Source: Candidatus Woesearchaeota archaeon
GTDB taxonomy: Archaea; Nanobdellota; Nanobdellia; Woesearchaeales; WJKV01
NCBI GenBank assembly: GCA_019323355.1
Contig: JAHWHI010000036.1
Location: forward strand, 1-38,554
Direction of reading: 5' to 3'
DNA length: 38,554 nt
In this document: piece by piece, positions 16,003 to 24,735 of the stretch
How positions within the stretch are numbered: the stretch's first letter is position 1
Layout: the number at the start of each line of letters is the position of its first letter
The notes under the pieces: generated by a model
Seen by the model: only the letters and a program-made list of their open reading frames with translations
What the model was told of the DNA's origin: nothing
Database searches by the model: none
Program-made: the position numbers and the translations under genes

Positions 16003-16791
16003 ATGGTAGAGATTGTGCTTGATTTGAAGAAGAATATTGACAAGAATGCTGCATTCTATTATGAAAAGGCAAAGAAGGCAAAGCGCAAGATAGATGGCGC
16101 CAAAAAAATAGTTGCAGAAGCCAGGAAAGACCTGGAAAAAGCTGAGAAAGAAAAAGAAAAGATCATGGAACAGATCGAGAAAGAAGAGAAAGAAAAGAAA
16201 AAGAAAAAAGTCCGGAAAAAGGAGTGGTATGAAAAATTCAGGTGGTTCATCTCTTCTTCAGGTTTTCTCTGCATTGGCGGAAAGGATGCAACTACAAACG
16301 ATATCATTGTCAAGAAACATTGTGAGAAAGGAGATCTTGTGTTCCACACTGATATTGCAGGCTCTCCATTCTTTGTGATAAAGGCAGAAGGAAAAGAGAT
16401 TGACGAGCAGACAAAAGAAGAGGTTGCCACTGCAACAGCTGCCTATTCAAGAGCATGGAAACTCGGGATATCAACAACAGAAGTCTACTGCGTCTCTCCT
16501 GACCAGCTGAAGCACGAGATGGGGCTGCCAAAAGGCACGTTCATGGTTTACGGAAAAAGGCAGTACTTTAGTCCTACACTGAAGATTGCAGTGGGAATGA
16601 CTGAAAAAGGAGTTCCAATGGGAGGTCCTGTCAGCGCAGTGAAAAAGCACTGCAAGGCTTATGTGACAATCAAGATCGGTGACATGAAAAAGTCTGAGAT
16701 CGCAAAACGCATCCAGAAGAAGATAGGCGGGGACAGTGAAGATATAATGCCCTGCCTTCCAACTGGAGGGTATGCGATTGTCAAAGAGTAA
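16003..16791 (+). CDS. NFACT-R (DUF814) domain protein; short Rqc2/NEMF-family homolog lacking the NFACT-N domain
   Basis: 262 aa. A K/E-rich coiled coil is followed by WFISSSGFLCIGGKDATTNDIIVKKHCEKGDLVFHTDIAGSPFFVIK, the NFACT-R signature. Confidence 0.75.
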   Translation: MVEIVLDLKKNIDKNAAFYYEKAKKAKRKIDGAKKIVAEARKDLEKAEKEKEKIMEQIEKEEKEKKKKKVRKKEWYEKFRWFISSSGFLCIGGKDATTNDIIVKKHCEKGDLVFHTDIAGSPFFVIKAEGKEIDEQTKEEVATATAAYSRAWKLGISTTEVYCVSPDQLKHEMGLPKGTFMVYGKRQYFSPTLKIAVGMTEKGVPMGGPVSAVKKHCKAYVTIKIGDMKKSEIAKRIQKKIGGDSEDIMPCLPTGGYAIVKE

Positions 16792-16834
16792 AGTTTTTAT
16801 ATGCATATTACCAATTTAAAGCAAAGGTGGTAGA

Positions 16835-18427
16835 TTGGCTGAAAAATTAACTTTCAAGGATAAAGTAGAGAAGATAAAGAAGAACAAGCAGGTCAAGAAC
16901 AAAGATAACGCCATAAACAAACTGATTTCTGATACTATTGCCACGTTGAAAGGCGATGATGTTGAAAAGTTTCTTCAGGAGATAAAAGAGGCAGGACAGA
17001 TTGAGGGTTTCATAGGCGAGCCTCTTAAGAAATTTTCTTTGGTCTATGAAAAATATCAGGAACAGATAGAACCTTTGTACTTCTGGTTCCTTGGATTCCT
17101 GAAAGATTCTCTTAAGATAAAGACATCTGACATAAAGAAGTTGGTTGATACATATTCTGCATCAGAAGCATCTGCATTCCACAAGCATATGGGAACAAAT
17201 ATCGGCGCGATCCAGGACAGGATCTCTAATTCGCTCATCACAATCAACCGGTTGGTAAGACAGGACCTCTTCAAGATGATACGTGAGATCGGGATAATAA
17301 CTGACAGGCTGGAGATGGTGTACGCTGGGGGTAAATTCGGAGCTGAAAGGCCAGGCGGACCTCATAATGCTGCAGAGATCGCGATGAAAGATATGTACAT
17401 CAATCTGGTCGAGGGAGGATCAAAAGCTCCTGGTTCTGTCTATGGTCTTGGAAGCCAGGTCGGTTTCATCACACTTCCGGATTTATTTTTGCATACGCAT
17501 ATATTTGACAAGGATAAGGTCGAGAGCGTAGTTGACGGTCTTGGAGGAGTATCTCCAAAAGTTAAAGAAGTGCTCGGACGGAAGCTGAAAGCCTATGCGA
17601 TCTGGCGTAAGTCTTACAAGAGCAACCTTGAGAGAAGAAGGAAGTTCATGCTCGCATATCTTAAACAGTATTACAACAATATAATGCTGCAGATACAGTG
17701 GATGAAACCTTACCTGCAGATGTCTAAACGGATGAACATGCGAATGGACATCAAGGAGACACCAGATATTCTTGCTGCGATAGAGCAGACAGCCATGGAG
17801 ATCGAACTGCTTATCAAGATAGGAAAATCAGGAAACCACAACAAAGTTGTTGTACTTAATTTATATTTCCGCACATCACCAGAGACAGAGTTCTCGCAGA
17901 AATACCAGGCTCCGACGACAAAGTTCATGGGAAGGACAGAGATCTCATTGAAAAGCTATGCACTCAGCGACGCGCAGGTAAAAGCGTACGAGATGAACTC
18001 TAAACTTGAAGATTATGAATTGCTGGACCAGATCGGAGGAGATATCAAGGATTCGCTTGAATCTTTTGGGGACGAGCTTAAGATATATCTTGCGCAGGCG
18101 AACAAGGTAGCGACACAATCCTCAGAGGATGCTGTGAAAGAAGCAAAGAGCAAGATGGCTGCAGGAGCAAGCGCCCAAGCAGGAACAAAAGTGGTGGAGA
18201 AACAGCCATGGTGGAAACCTATCGAGCCTTTTGTGATGGTGCCAAAAGGATTCATCGACATAATCGGAATATTCATCACGTTTCCTAAATTTTCAAAGTC
18301 AAAAGAAAAGAAACCAACAAAAGCTGTGCTCGACAAGCAGCTGGATGATGCCAAGACAGGTGCGACTGGAACTGCATGGCTGATGTATAATTTGTTTAAG
18401 AAATCCCACAGGATGATATCCTGGTAA
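16835..18427 (+). CDS. Hypothetical protein, 530 aa, no recognisable domain
   Basis: TTG start with GGTGG 4 nt upstream, 44 nt after the NFACT-R gene. Mostly predicted-helical composition. Short C-terminal hydrophobic segment (GFIDIIGIFITFP) flanked by basic residues. Confidence 0.6.
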   Translation: MAEKLTFKDKVEKIKKNKQVKNKDNAINKLISDTIATLKGDDVEKFLQEIKEAGQIEGFIGEPLKKFSLVYEKYQEQIEPLYFWFLGFLKDSLKIKTSDIKKLVDTYSASEASAFHKHMGTNIGAIQDRISNSLITINRLVRQDLFKMIREIGIITDRLEMVYAGGKFGAERPGGPHNAAEIAMKDMYINLVEGGSKAPGSVYGLGSQVGFITLPDLFLHTHIFDKDKVESVVDGLGGVSPKVKEVLGRKLKAYAIWRKSYKSNLERRRKFMLAYLKQYYNNIMLQIQWMKPYLQMSKRMNMRMDIKETPDILAAIEQTAMEIELLIKIGKSGNHNKVVVLNLYFRTSPETEFSQKYQAPTTKFMGRTEISLKSYALSDAQVKAYEMNSKLEDYELLDQIGGDIKDSLESFGDELKIYLAQANKVATQSSEDAVKEAKSKMAAGASAQAGTKVVEKQPWWKPIEPFVMVPKGFIDIIGIFITFPKFSKSKEKKPTKAVLDKQLDDAKTGATGTAWLMYNLFKKSHRMISW

Positions 18428-18428
18428 A

Positions 18429-19004
18429 TCAGATATCCTTTTCTTTCTTTAATGATTCTTCTCTAAGCGAGCTTGTCTCGATATCCTGTCTCTGCGGCTC
18501 TTTTCCTTCTGGAACTTTCTCCTCTGTCAGTATCTTGTCCTGCTTTTTCTTCTTGGTCTCTTTTTCTTCTGCCAGTTCCTCTAGTTCCTTTTTCTCCCCT
18601 GTCTCTTCCTTCTCTTCTTTTCTAGCGCCGAGCGCTTTTTCCAGCTTTCCTCTCAGACCAGGAGATTTCTCGACCTTTCCTTTAGGCGAGATTGTCTTGA
18701 ACTCAACACCTTCAAGTTCTGCCTTCACTATATCTTTTTCTTCCACTGCCTCTTTGACAGCTGTAACCTTAACATGATGAGGAGGATTCTTGATGCCGTG
18801 CTTCCATAGCTCGTGGTTGAGTTTTGGACCGATCTTCACATCAGATAATTCTACTTTCATATGCTTTGCAAGAAAATTCTTAACACCTGTGACAGCTTTT
18901 TTAGCTCTCCTGTATTTAGCAGTCTTGATCCACTCACGTCTAAGCGGAATATTGTAGACGCGTTCAAGCTTCTTCTCAGGTGCTTTTTTCTTTGCCATCT
19001 TCAT
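18429..19004 (-). CDS. rpl31e: Ribosomal protein L31e (eL31) with a roughly 100-aa K/E-rich C-terminal extension
   Basis: The N-terminal 90 aa (ERVYNIPLRR...RRAKKAV..VK.F..KHMK...V.I...LN..LW..GI.NPP..V.V) is eL31. The remainder is low-complexity E/K. Confidence 0.88.
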   Translation of the reverse strand: MKMAKKKAPEKKLERVYNIPLRREWIKTAKYRRAKKAVTGVKNFLAKHMKVELSDVKIGPKLNHELWKHGIKNPPHHVKVTAVKEAVEEKDIVKAELEGVEFKTISPKGKVEKSPGLRGKLEKALGARKEEKEETGEKKELEELAEEKETKKKKQDKILTEEKVPEGKEPQRQDIETSSLREESLKKEKDI

Positions 19005-19174
19005 GCCTTCATCTTAGTTCTACGCCAGCTTCTTTTTGTGGTTGTCATCCTAGCTGGATGCAGACGTCTGTTCATGCTGTATTTTTTTAATACTGCCCAG
19101 AACGGAGCCCATCTTGTTCTCCTTCCGCGCTTTATCAGACGCTTCTTTTTTGATGGATGTTTGTATCGTGCCAT
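19001..19174 (-). CDS. rpl39e: Ribosomal protein L39e (eL39)
   Basis: Not in the ORF track because it is 57 aa. My own translation is MARYKHPSKKKRLIKRGRRTRWAPFWAVLKKYSMNRRLHPARMTTTKRSWRRTKMKA*. The TGA stop overlaps the rpl31e ATG (ATGA). The start is 2 nt after the rps19e stop. Confidence 0.85.
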   Translation of the reverse strand: MARYKHPSKKKRLIKRGRRTRWAPFWAVLKKYSMNRRLHPARMTTTKRSWRRTKMKA

Positions 19175-19176
19175 TT

Positions 19177-19734
19177 TTATTCCTGTCCCTCTGCTGGTTC
19201 TAGTTCTTCTGGAATCTCTTCCTCTGTATTGACAGCCTCTTCTACAGATGCTTCCTCAACACTTGGCTGCAGCTCTGGCTCTTTTAGTTTCTTTGCTTTT
19301 GCTTCTGGAGCAACCTGTTTTGCAACACTGTCCATAAGCTTTCTTCCTTTGCCAGAAATCCGTCTTCCTCTCTTTATTGCCTTGTCTTCAAGCTCGACAA
19401 GGTCTGCAGCCTGCAATTGCTGCAGTATCTTTCTTATGATAGAACCAGATGCTCTTGTGAATTTTTCTGGTTTTCTGCTTTTTGAACGGTAGTGTCTTGC
19501 ACCGAACTTTGTCCTTAATTTTTCAGTGCCGATCGGACCTTTGATATAGATGACTCTTAGAACAGCAGCTGCTCTCACATACCACCAGTCATCCCTGACA
19601 GGCGGCTTGTTCTTTCCAGGAGATGTCTTTACAAAAGTAGCCCACTCTGGAGCTTTGATCTCTGGAATTTTCTTCAGTTCTTCAGCTGCTTTGTCAATAA
19701 GCGCATTTGGATTTGTATCAAATACTGTTACCAT
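19177..19734 (-). CDS. rps19e: Ribosomal protein S19e (eS19) with an acidic C-terminal extension
   Basis: 185 aa. PEWA.FVKT....PP...DWWY.RAA..LR..Y..GP.G...LR..G is eS19. The last 40 or so residues are E/A/P-rich. Confidence 0.9.
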   Translation of the reverse strand: MVTVFDTNPNALIDKAAEELKKIPEIKAPEWATFVKTSPGKNKPPVRDDWWYVRAAAVLRVIYIKGPIGTEKLRTKFGARHYRSKSRKPEKFTRASGSIIRKILQQLQAADLVELEDKAIKRGRRISGKGRKLMDSVAKQVAPEAKAKKLKEPELQPSVEEASVEEAVNTEEEIPEELEPAEGQE

Positions 19735-19845
19735 TTTTTATCAATTCCGACCTTGCGGTCTACAGTGGCACCAACGGTGCTCATAATTCTGTATATAGGA
19801 AAATATAGGGGGTTTATAAAGGTTTTGGGCAGGTTTTGATTAATT

Positions 19846-19853
19846 TTTTATAG
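19846..19853 (+). promoter_or_regulatory. TATA box for the 211-aa orphan
   Basis: TTTTATAG, 21 nt upstream of ATG 19875. Confidence 0.45.
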
Positions 19854-19874
19854 TGGTGCTTTTCCCAAAATTTC

Positions 19875-20510
19875 ATGGTAGAGTACGCAAAAATAAAGGC
19901 TGATGACAGGCATCCTAGAAACGGCAACCGTTATGCAGTCCCTGTAAAAGGCGGATGGCATTTTCATCTTGCAGATTCAAAAAATCTTGATCTCAGGAAG
20001 GATCAATTAGTAAGAGTACTAAGATATCAACCTAATAATAAAGGGATTCGTTTTGCAACAAAATATATTCCTTTGGATATTGATCTGATGACAGAAAGAT
20101 TGGAAAGGATGGATATGAAAGGAGTCAGTGCTTTGGTCCTCTTTGATCCTGCATACAAACCAAAACCCGGCAAAGGAAACCCATTCATCTCGATTGCAAG
20201 GGATGAGGAAGAAGTACAAAGGGCGGTCAACAATATCGTGTTTGGCTTTGGATGGTGCCCTAAAGATTTGGAAAATGAGAAATGTTATGATAACTATGGC
20301 AGACTGTTCGGGAAACGCGCCTGTACAAGAAGAGATGTAAGGCATTTGATGATGAGAAACAACAGCAGGGATGGTGTGCTTTTTGTTCCAGTCGCAAGGA
20401 TTGTTGCCCTAGAAAACGAAAGACCGAAAAGCCAAAGGGGCAAAGGCCCTGGAATAGATGAAGAAGTTCTGAAATACTGTGTGAATACTGCCTTTATGCC
20501 AAGAGTTTGA
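19875..20510 (+). CDS. Hypothetical protein, 211 aa
   Basis: Clean ATG ORF with a TATA 21 nt upstream. No motif recognised. Confidence 0.55.
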   Translation: MVEYAKIKADDRHPRNGNRYAVPVKGGWHFHLADSKNLDLRKDQLVRVLRYQPNNKGIRFATKYIPLDIDLMTERLERMDMKGVSALVLFDPAYKPKPGKGNPFISIARDEEEVQRAVNNIVFGFGWCPKDLENEKCYDNYGRLFGKRACTRRDVRHLMMRNNSRDGVLFVPVARIVALENERPKSQRGKGPGIDEEVLKYCVNTAFMPRV

Positions 20511-20603
20511 AGCTCACTGGCCACTAGACACCTGCGCATAAGCTTTATATAACATACTTAGTACGTTCTATAATATAGACAATAGACTATTGTCCGAAGT
20601 AGA

Positions 20604-23585
20604 ATGAGTAGTATCAGCTATAAGAAGAAAGAGAATTCTCAGTCTGAGCTAGTTGCAACTCTCAACCCAATAGTCAAGGAATGGTTCTTCTCAAAGTTCA
20701 AGGAGTTCGCACTGCCACAATTATACTCTGTCCTTGAGATACATAGTAGGAACAATGTCTTGGTTTCTGCTCCAACTGGCTCTGGAAAAACTCTCACTGC
20801 TTTTCTTTCTATATTGAACGACCTGATAAATCTTGCAGAGGCAGGAAACCTGCAGGACCGTGTTTATTGTGTCTATATATCTCCGCTAAAAGCACTGAAC
20901 AATGACATCCAGATAAATCTGAGAGAGCCTCTTGAAGAGATGAAAAAGATTGCAATGGAAAAGTTCGGAAAGGATATTGATGTGCGTGTTGCTGTGCGGA
21001 CAGGAGATACAACTCCTTCAGAAAAAACAAAGATGCTCAAGAATCCTCCGCACATCCTGATCACAACTCCAGAATCACTTGCTATTGTCTTGTCCTCTAT
21101 AAAATTCAGAGAACACCTGACACAGTTATGGTGGGTTGTGATAGATGAGATCCACGCTCTTGCAGAGAACAAGCGTGGTGTTCACCTCTCGCTTTCCTTA
21201 GAAAGATTGAACCATCTGTCAGAGTTCACTCGTGTGGGATTGAGCGCTACTGTCGCTCCGCTCGAGGATATTGCGAGATTCTTGGTAGGGACTGGAAGAG
21301 AGTGCAAGATTATTGATATACAATATATGAAAGAGACTGACATCAAAGTCCTGAGTCCTGTGAAGAACATGATCAAGACTCCGTATGCTGTACGGGAGAA
21401 TTCTATGTACGAGCTTATCCATGATCTGATACAGCAGCATAAGACAACCTTGATATTTACAAATACGCGTGCAGGAACAGAGCGTGTTGTCCACAATCTC
21501 AAAGAGAAATATCCGCAGCATTATACAAAAAATATAGAGACTGAGGAAACATTATCATTGATAGGAGCGCACCACGGTTCTCTGAGCAAGAAACACCGTC
21601 TGAAAATAGAACAGCAATTGCGTGACGGACTGCTGAGATGCGTCTGCTGCAGCACGTCCCTGGAGCTTGGCATTGATATAGGGTACATAGATCTTGTCAT
21701 TCTTCTTGGAAGTCCAAAATCTGTTGCTCGTGCACTGCAGAGGATAGGAAGATCCGGGCACAAACTGCACGAGACTGCAAAAGGAAGGATTATTGTCACT
21801 GACAGGGATGATCTTGTTGAATGTTCTTTGATATTGAAATCAGCTGTCGAGAAAAAGATAGACCAGGTACATATTCCTGTGAACTGTCTTGATGTTCTTG
21901 CTCAGCAGATATTCGGTATGGCAATTGCACAGGTATGGCATCTTGATGAGCTTTATGAAGTTATCAAGAAAAGCTATTGTTACAGAGATCTTGACAAGAA
22001 AGATTTTGACAATGTTGTCGACTATCTTGCTGGAAAATACGCGCAATTAGCAGACCGTTATGTCTATGCAAAGATCTGGAAGTTGGGCGGAAGGATTGGA
22101 AAAAAAGGAAGGATGAGCCGTGTATTGTACATGACAAACATCGGAACTATCCCAGACCAGACAGCTGTTCTTGTAAAAGTTGGAGAGGAAGTGATCGGAA
22201 CTTTTGACGACAGTTTTCTTGAATCATTGAAGCCGAATGATATTTTTGTTCTAGGTGGAAATGTTTACCAGTTCAGGTATTCACGAGGTAATGTCGCGCA
22301 GGTTGCTGCTGCGCCTGGAAGGATGCCGACTGTGCCTTCGTGGTTCTCAGAGATGCTTCCGTTAAGCTTTGACCTTTCACAATCCATCCTGAAGTTCAGG
22401 CAGTACATGGATGAAAAATTCAAGCAGAAACTTTCAAAGGACGAGATAATGAAGTTCATCTACAACTATCTCTATGTTGACGAGAATGCTGCAAATTCAA
22501 TATATGAATATTTCAAGGAACAGTACAATTATGCAAAGATACCTCATTTCAAAAGGATTGTTGTTGAAAATTATAATGAAGAAGGAAAGATGCACTACAT
22601 ATTCCATACATTGTACGGAAGAAGGGTCAATGATGTTTTATCCAGGGCATTAGGTTATGCAATATTGCGGCAGCAGAAGAGGGACGCACGGATCTCGATA
22701 ACAGACAATGGTTTCACAATAACGTGCGATGCAAAGATACAGCCGATGCGCGCGTTTTCATTGCTGAAATCAGACGAGCTTCGCCAGGTCATGGAGATTG
22801 CTCTTGACAGGAGCCAGGTCTTATTGCGAAGGTTCAGGCACTGCGCTGGCCGTTCATTGATGATCCTGCGGAACTACAAAGGACAGAGGAAGACTGTTGG
22901 AAAACAGCAGGTAAGCTCCATGATTTTAATGTCTGCTGTCAAGCGGATAAGCAGGAATTTTCCGATACTGAAAGAAGCAAGAAGAGAAGTCCTTGAAGAT
23001 CTCATGGATATTACCCATGCAGAGCATATCCTAAAGCAGATCGAAGACGGAAACATAAAGATCGAAGAGATAAATACTACATTACCTTCACCATTTGCAT
23101 TCAATCTAGCATTGCAGGGTTACAGCGATATACTTAAGATGGAGGATAAGATAGAATTCATCAGGAGGCTGCACCAGAATGTCCTTGCAAAGATCGCTTT
23201 ACAGAAAGGGCAGCGAGGGTTGAAGACAAAAGATAAGGATATTCCAGAGGAGGAATACATAACAAAGTACGAGGATCTTTCGGACTTTTCGTATGAAAAG
23301 ATGTGGACCCGGGATGAAGAGAGAAAAGAAAAAGCTCTAAAGAAAAAAGCAGAAGATGAAGAGTACAGAAAACAATTGCTTGTGCTACAGCTGAAGAGAG
23401 CTGCACGGAAAATCTCACTCGACCCGCAGATAGAGTACGATTGCCAAAGGCTTATCCTCGGAGAAAGAGAAGGATTCAAAAAAGATTTCAAGGAATGGCT
23501 TGAAGGATTGCTTTCTGGTGCCATACCTAAGATCTGGTCTGATGATCTGGTAAAGTTTCTGCAGAAAGCAAAGGATGAGATCTAA
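20604..23585 (+). CDS. lhr: Lhr-family DEAD/DEAH-box ATP-dependent helicase
   Basis: 993 aa. Motifs: LNP.VKEWF N-terminus, Walker A SAPTGSGKT, VVIDEIHAL (DExH), LSAT, QRIGRSGH, followed by a long C-terminal DEAD/H-associated-type region and a K/E-rich tail. Confidence 0.88.
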   Translation: MSSISYKKKENSQSELVATLNPIVKEWFFSKFKEFALPQLYSVLEIHSRNNVLVSAPTGSGKTLTAFLSILNDLINLAEAGNLQDRVYCVYISPLKALNNDIQINLREPLEEMKKIAMEKFGKDIDVRVAVRTGDTTPSEKTKMLKNPPHILITTPESLAIVLSSIKFREHLTQLWWVVIDEIHALAENKRGVHLSLSLERLNHLSEFTRVGLSATVAPLEDIARFLVGTGRECKIIDIQYMKETDIKVLSPVKNMIKTPYAVRENSMYELIHDLIQQHKTTLIFTNTRAGTERVVHNLKEKYPQHYTKNIETEETLSLIGAHHGSLSKKHRLKIEQQLRDGLLRCVCCSTSLELGIDIGYIDLVILLGSPKSVARALQRIGRSGHKLHETAKGRIIVTDRDDLVECSLILKSAVEKKIDQVHIPVNCLDVLAQQIFGMAIAQVWHLDELYEVIKKSYCYRDLDKKDFDNVVDYLAGKYAQLADRYVYAKIWKLGGRIGKKGRMSRVLYMTNIGTIPDQTAVLVKVGEEVIGTFDDSFLESLKPNDIFVLGGNVYQFRYSRGNVAQVAAAPGRMPTVPSWFSEMLPLSFDLSQSILKFRQYMDEKFKQKLSKDEIMKFIYNYLYVDENAANSIYEYFKEQYNYAKIPHFKRIVVENYNEEGKMHYIFHTLYGRRVNDVLSRALGYAILRQQKRDARISITDNGFTITCDAKIQPMRAFSLLKSDELRQVMEIALDRSQVLLRRFRHCAGRSLMILRNYKGQRKTVGKQQVSSMILMSAVKRISRNFPILKEARREVLEDLMDITHAEHILKQIEDGNIKIEEINTTLPSPFAFNLALQGYSDILKMEDKIEFIRRLHQNVLAKIALQKGQRGLKTKDKDIPEEEYITKYEDLSDFSYEKMWTRDEERKEKALKKKAEDEEYRKQLLVLQLKRAARKISLDPQIEYDCQRLILGEREGFKKDFKEWLEGLLSGAIPKIWSDDLVKFLQKAKDEI

Positions 23586-24655
23586 CCAACCAATTTCTTT
23601 CCGACATAACCATAAAGAACTTTGAATGACTCTGAATAAATCTTATCCTGTATGACATCATCTTCTGTCCTGCTCTGCACAGCGCGGGCCATTGCAAGAT
23701 TGACTTCAAGGCCTTTGCGTGATTCCATTGCAGGCTTTAATAATTCTTTCCGGACCCAGATTCCTGCCGGCCTAAGATCAGGCCTGTGAAGGTCAGATCC
23801 TGTAAAGACTGGAACCTCTGGATGTTTCTCATGGTAGTATTCTGACCAGAGGTTTGTATAACCTTGTATCGGTGTGACACCGCCGTTGAAAACTTCCAGG
23901 AACAATGGAATGCCTAGAACGTCAGCAATTTCGAACGCGCGGTCAACATTCTCCTCTGTCTCGAACGAACCCTGAAGACCAGGATGGTTTACAGTTGCGA
24001 ACGGATATGCCTGTGAAAGGAATTCGTTGACAGGAAGTATCCTTGCGCGTTCTGGTCTTGTGATATTACAAGGACGGATCATCTCAAGGTTAAGCAATGG
24101 CTTATCGCCAGGTTTCATGACAATATGGTCTTCTCTTGCATTCATTATGTAGAGTGTGTGATATTTTGTCATCCTTAACAGGCCTTTTTTTGGAGATAGG
24201 GTTATCATCCAGTTATCAGAATCAATGTCAAACCGCTTTGTGATGCTTTCTGGCGGGCGATTCTTCAGTGTGATAAAGAAAAGATTGTTGTCATGATCTG
24301 TCACATACAAAACTCTGACACGATACTTTCTCATATGCTTGACAGCTGAGATAAATGGATCCCGTAATCTCACAGCGTCGTGGGAAAACGGATAGCCTGA
24401 ATGATAGTGCGGGTTTATCTTATAATGTGTCTTTGCAAGCTCTCTCTCTCTTAGCCTATGTTTTCCGATCTCTATTGATCTTGACAGGATGCTCATCAGG
24501 CTGAGATTGCTTAGATATTTCTCCCGGAATCTTCTGTCTTTCAGTGTCTGTTTTATTTTTTGGAGCAAAGAGCCCAAATTATTCTGCCACCTTCTCTGCT
24601 CTTCTAGTTCAGGAGAATAAGTCAACATCTTTGCTAGGTCTTCGAGTCGCTTCAT
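23582..24655 (-). CDS. PHP-domain metal-dependent phosphoesterase (putative)
   Basis: 357 aa. PHP-like motif series NPHYHSGYPFSHDA (HxH...D), YVTDHDN, VNHPG, TGSDLHRP (GSDxH). N-terminal coiled region. The 3' end overlaps the lhr 3' end by 4 nt, tail to tail. Confidence 0.6.
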   Translation of the reverse strand: MKRLEDLAKMLTYSPELEEQRRWQNNLGSLLQKIKQTLKDRRFREKYLSNLSLMSILSRSIEIGKHRLRERELAKTHYKINPHYHSGYPFSHDAVRLRDPFISAVKHMRKYRVRVLYVTDHDNNLFFITLKNRPPESITKRFDIDSDNWMITLSPKKGLLRMTKYHTLYIMNAREDHIVMKPGDKPLLNLEMIRPCNITRPERARILPVNEFLSQAYPFATVNHPGLQGSFETEENVDRAFEIADVLGIPLFLEVFNGGVTPIQGYTNLWSEYYHEKHPEVPVFTGSDLHRPDLRPAGIWVRKELLKPAMESRKGLEVNLAMARAVQSRTEDDVIQDKIYSESFKVLYGYVGKKLVG

Positions 24656-24678
24656 CTTTTTTTTGAGAAGCGCAATAT

Positions 24679-24686
24679 GTATATAA
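24679..24686 (-). promoter_or_regulatory. TATA box for the PHP gene
   Basis: TTATATAC on the minus strand, 23 nt upstream of ATG 24655. Confidence 0.5.
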
Positions 24687-24705
24687 GCTTTTATATTCGC
24701 AAAAC

Positions 24706-24713
24706 TTTATAAG
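24706..24713 (+). promoter_or_regulatory. TATA box for the MPE gene
   Basis: TTTATAAG, 22 nt upstream of ATG 24736. Confidence 0.55.
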
Positions 24714-24735
24714 TCTGATTATCCTAGAGCACATT

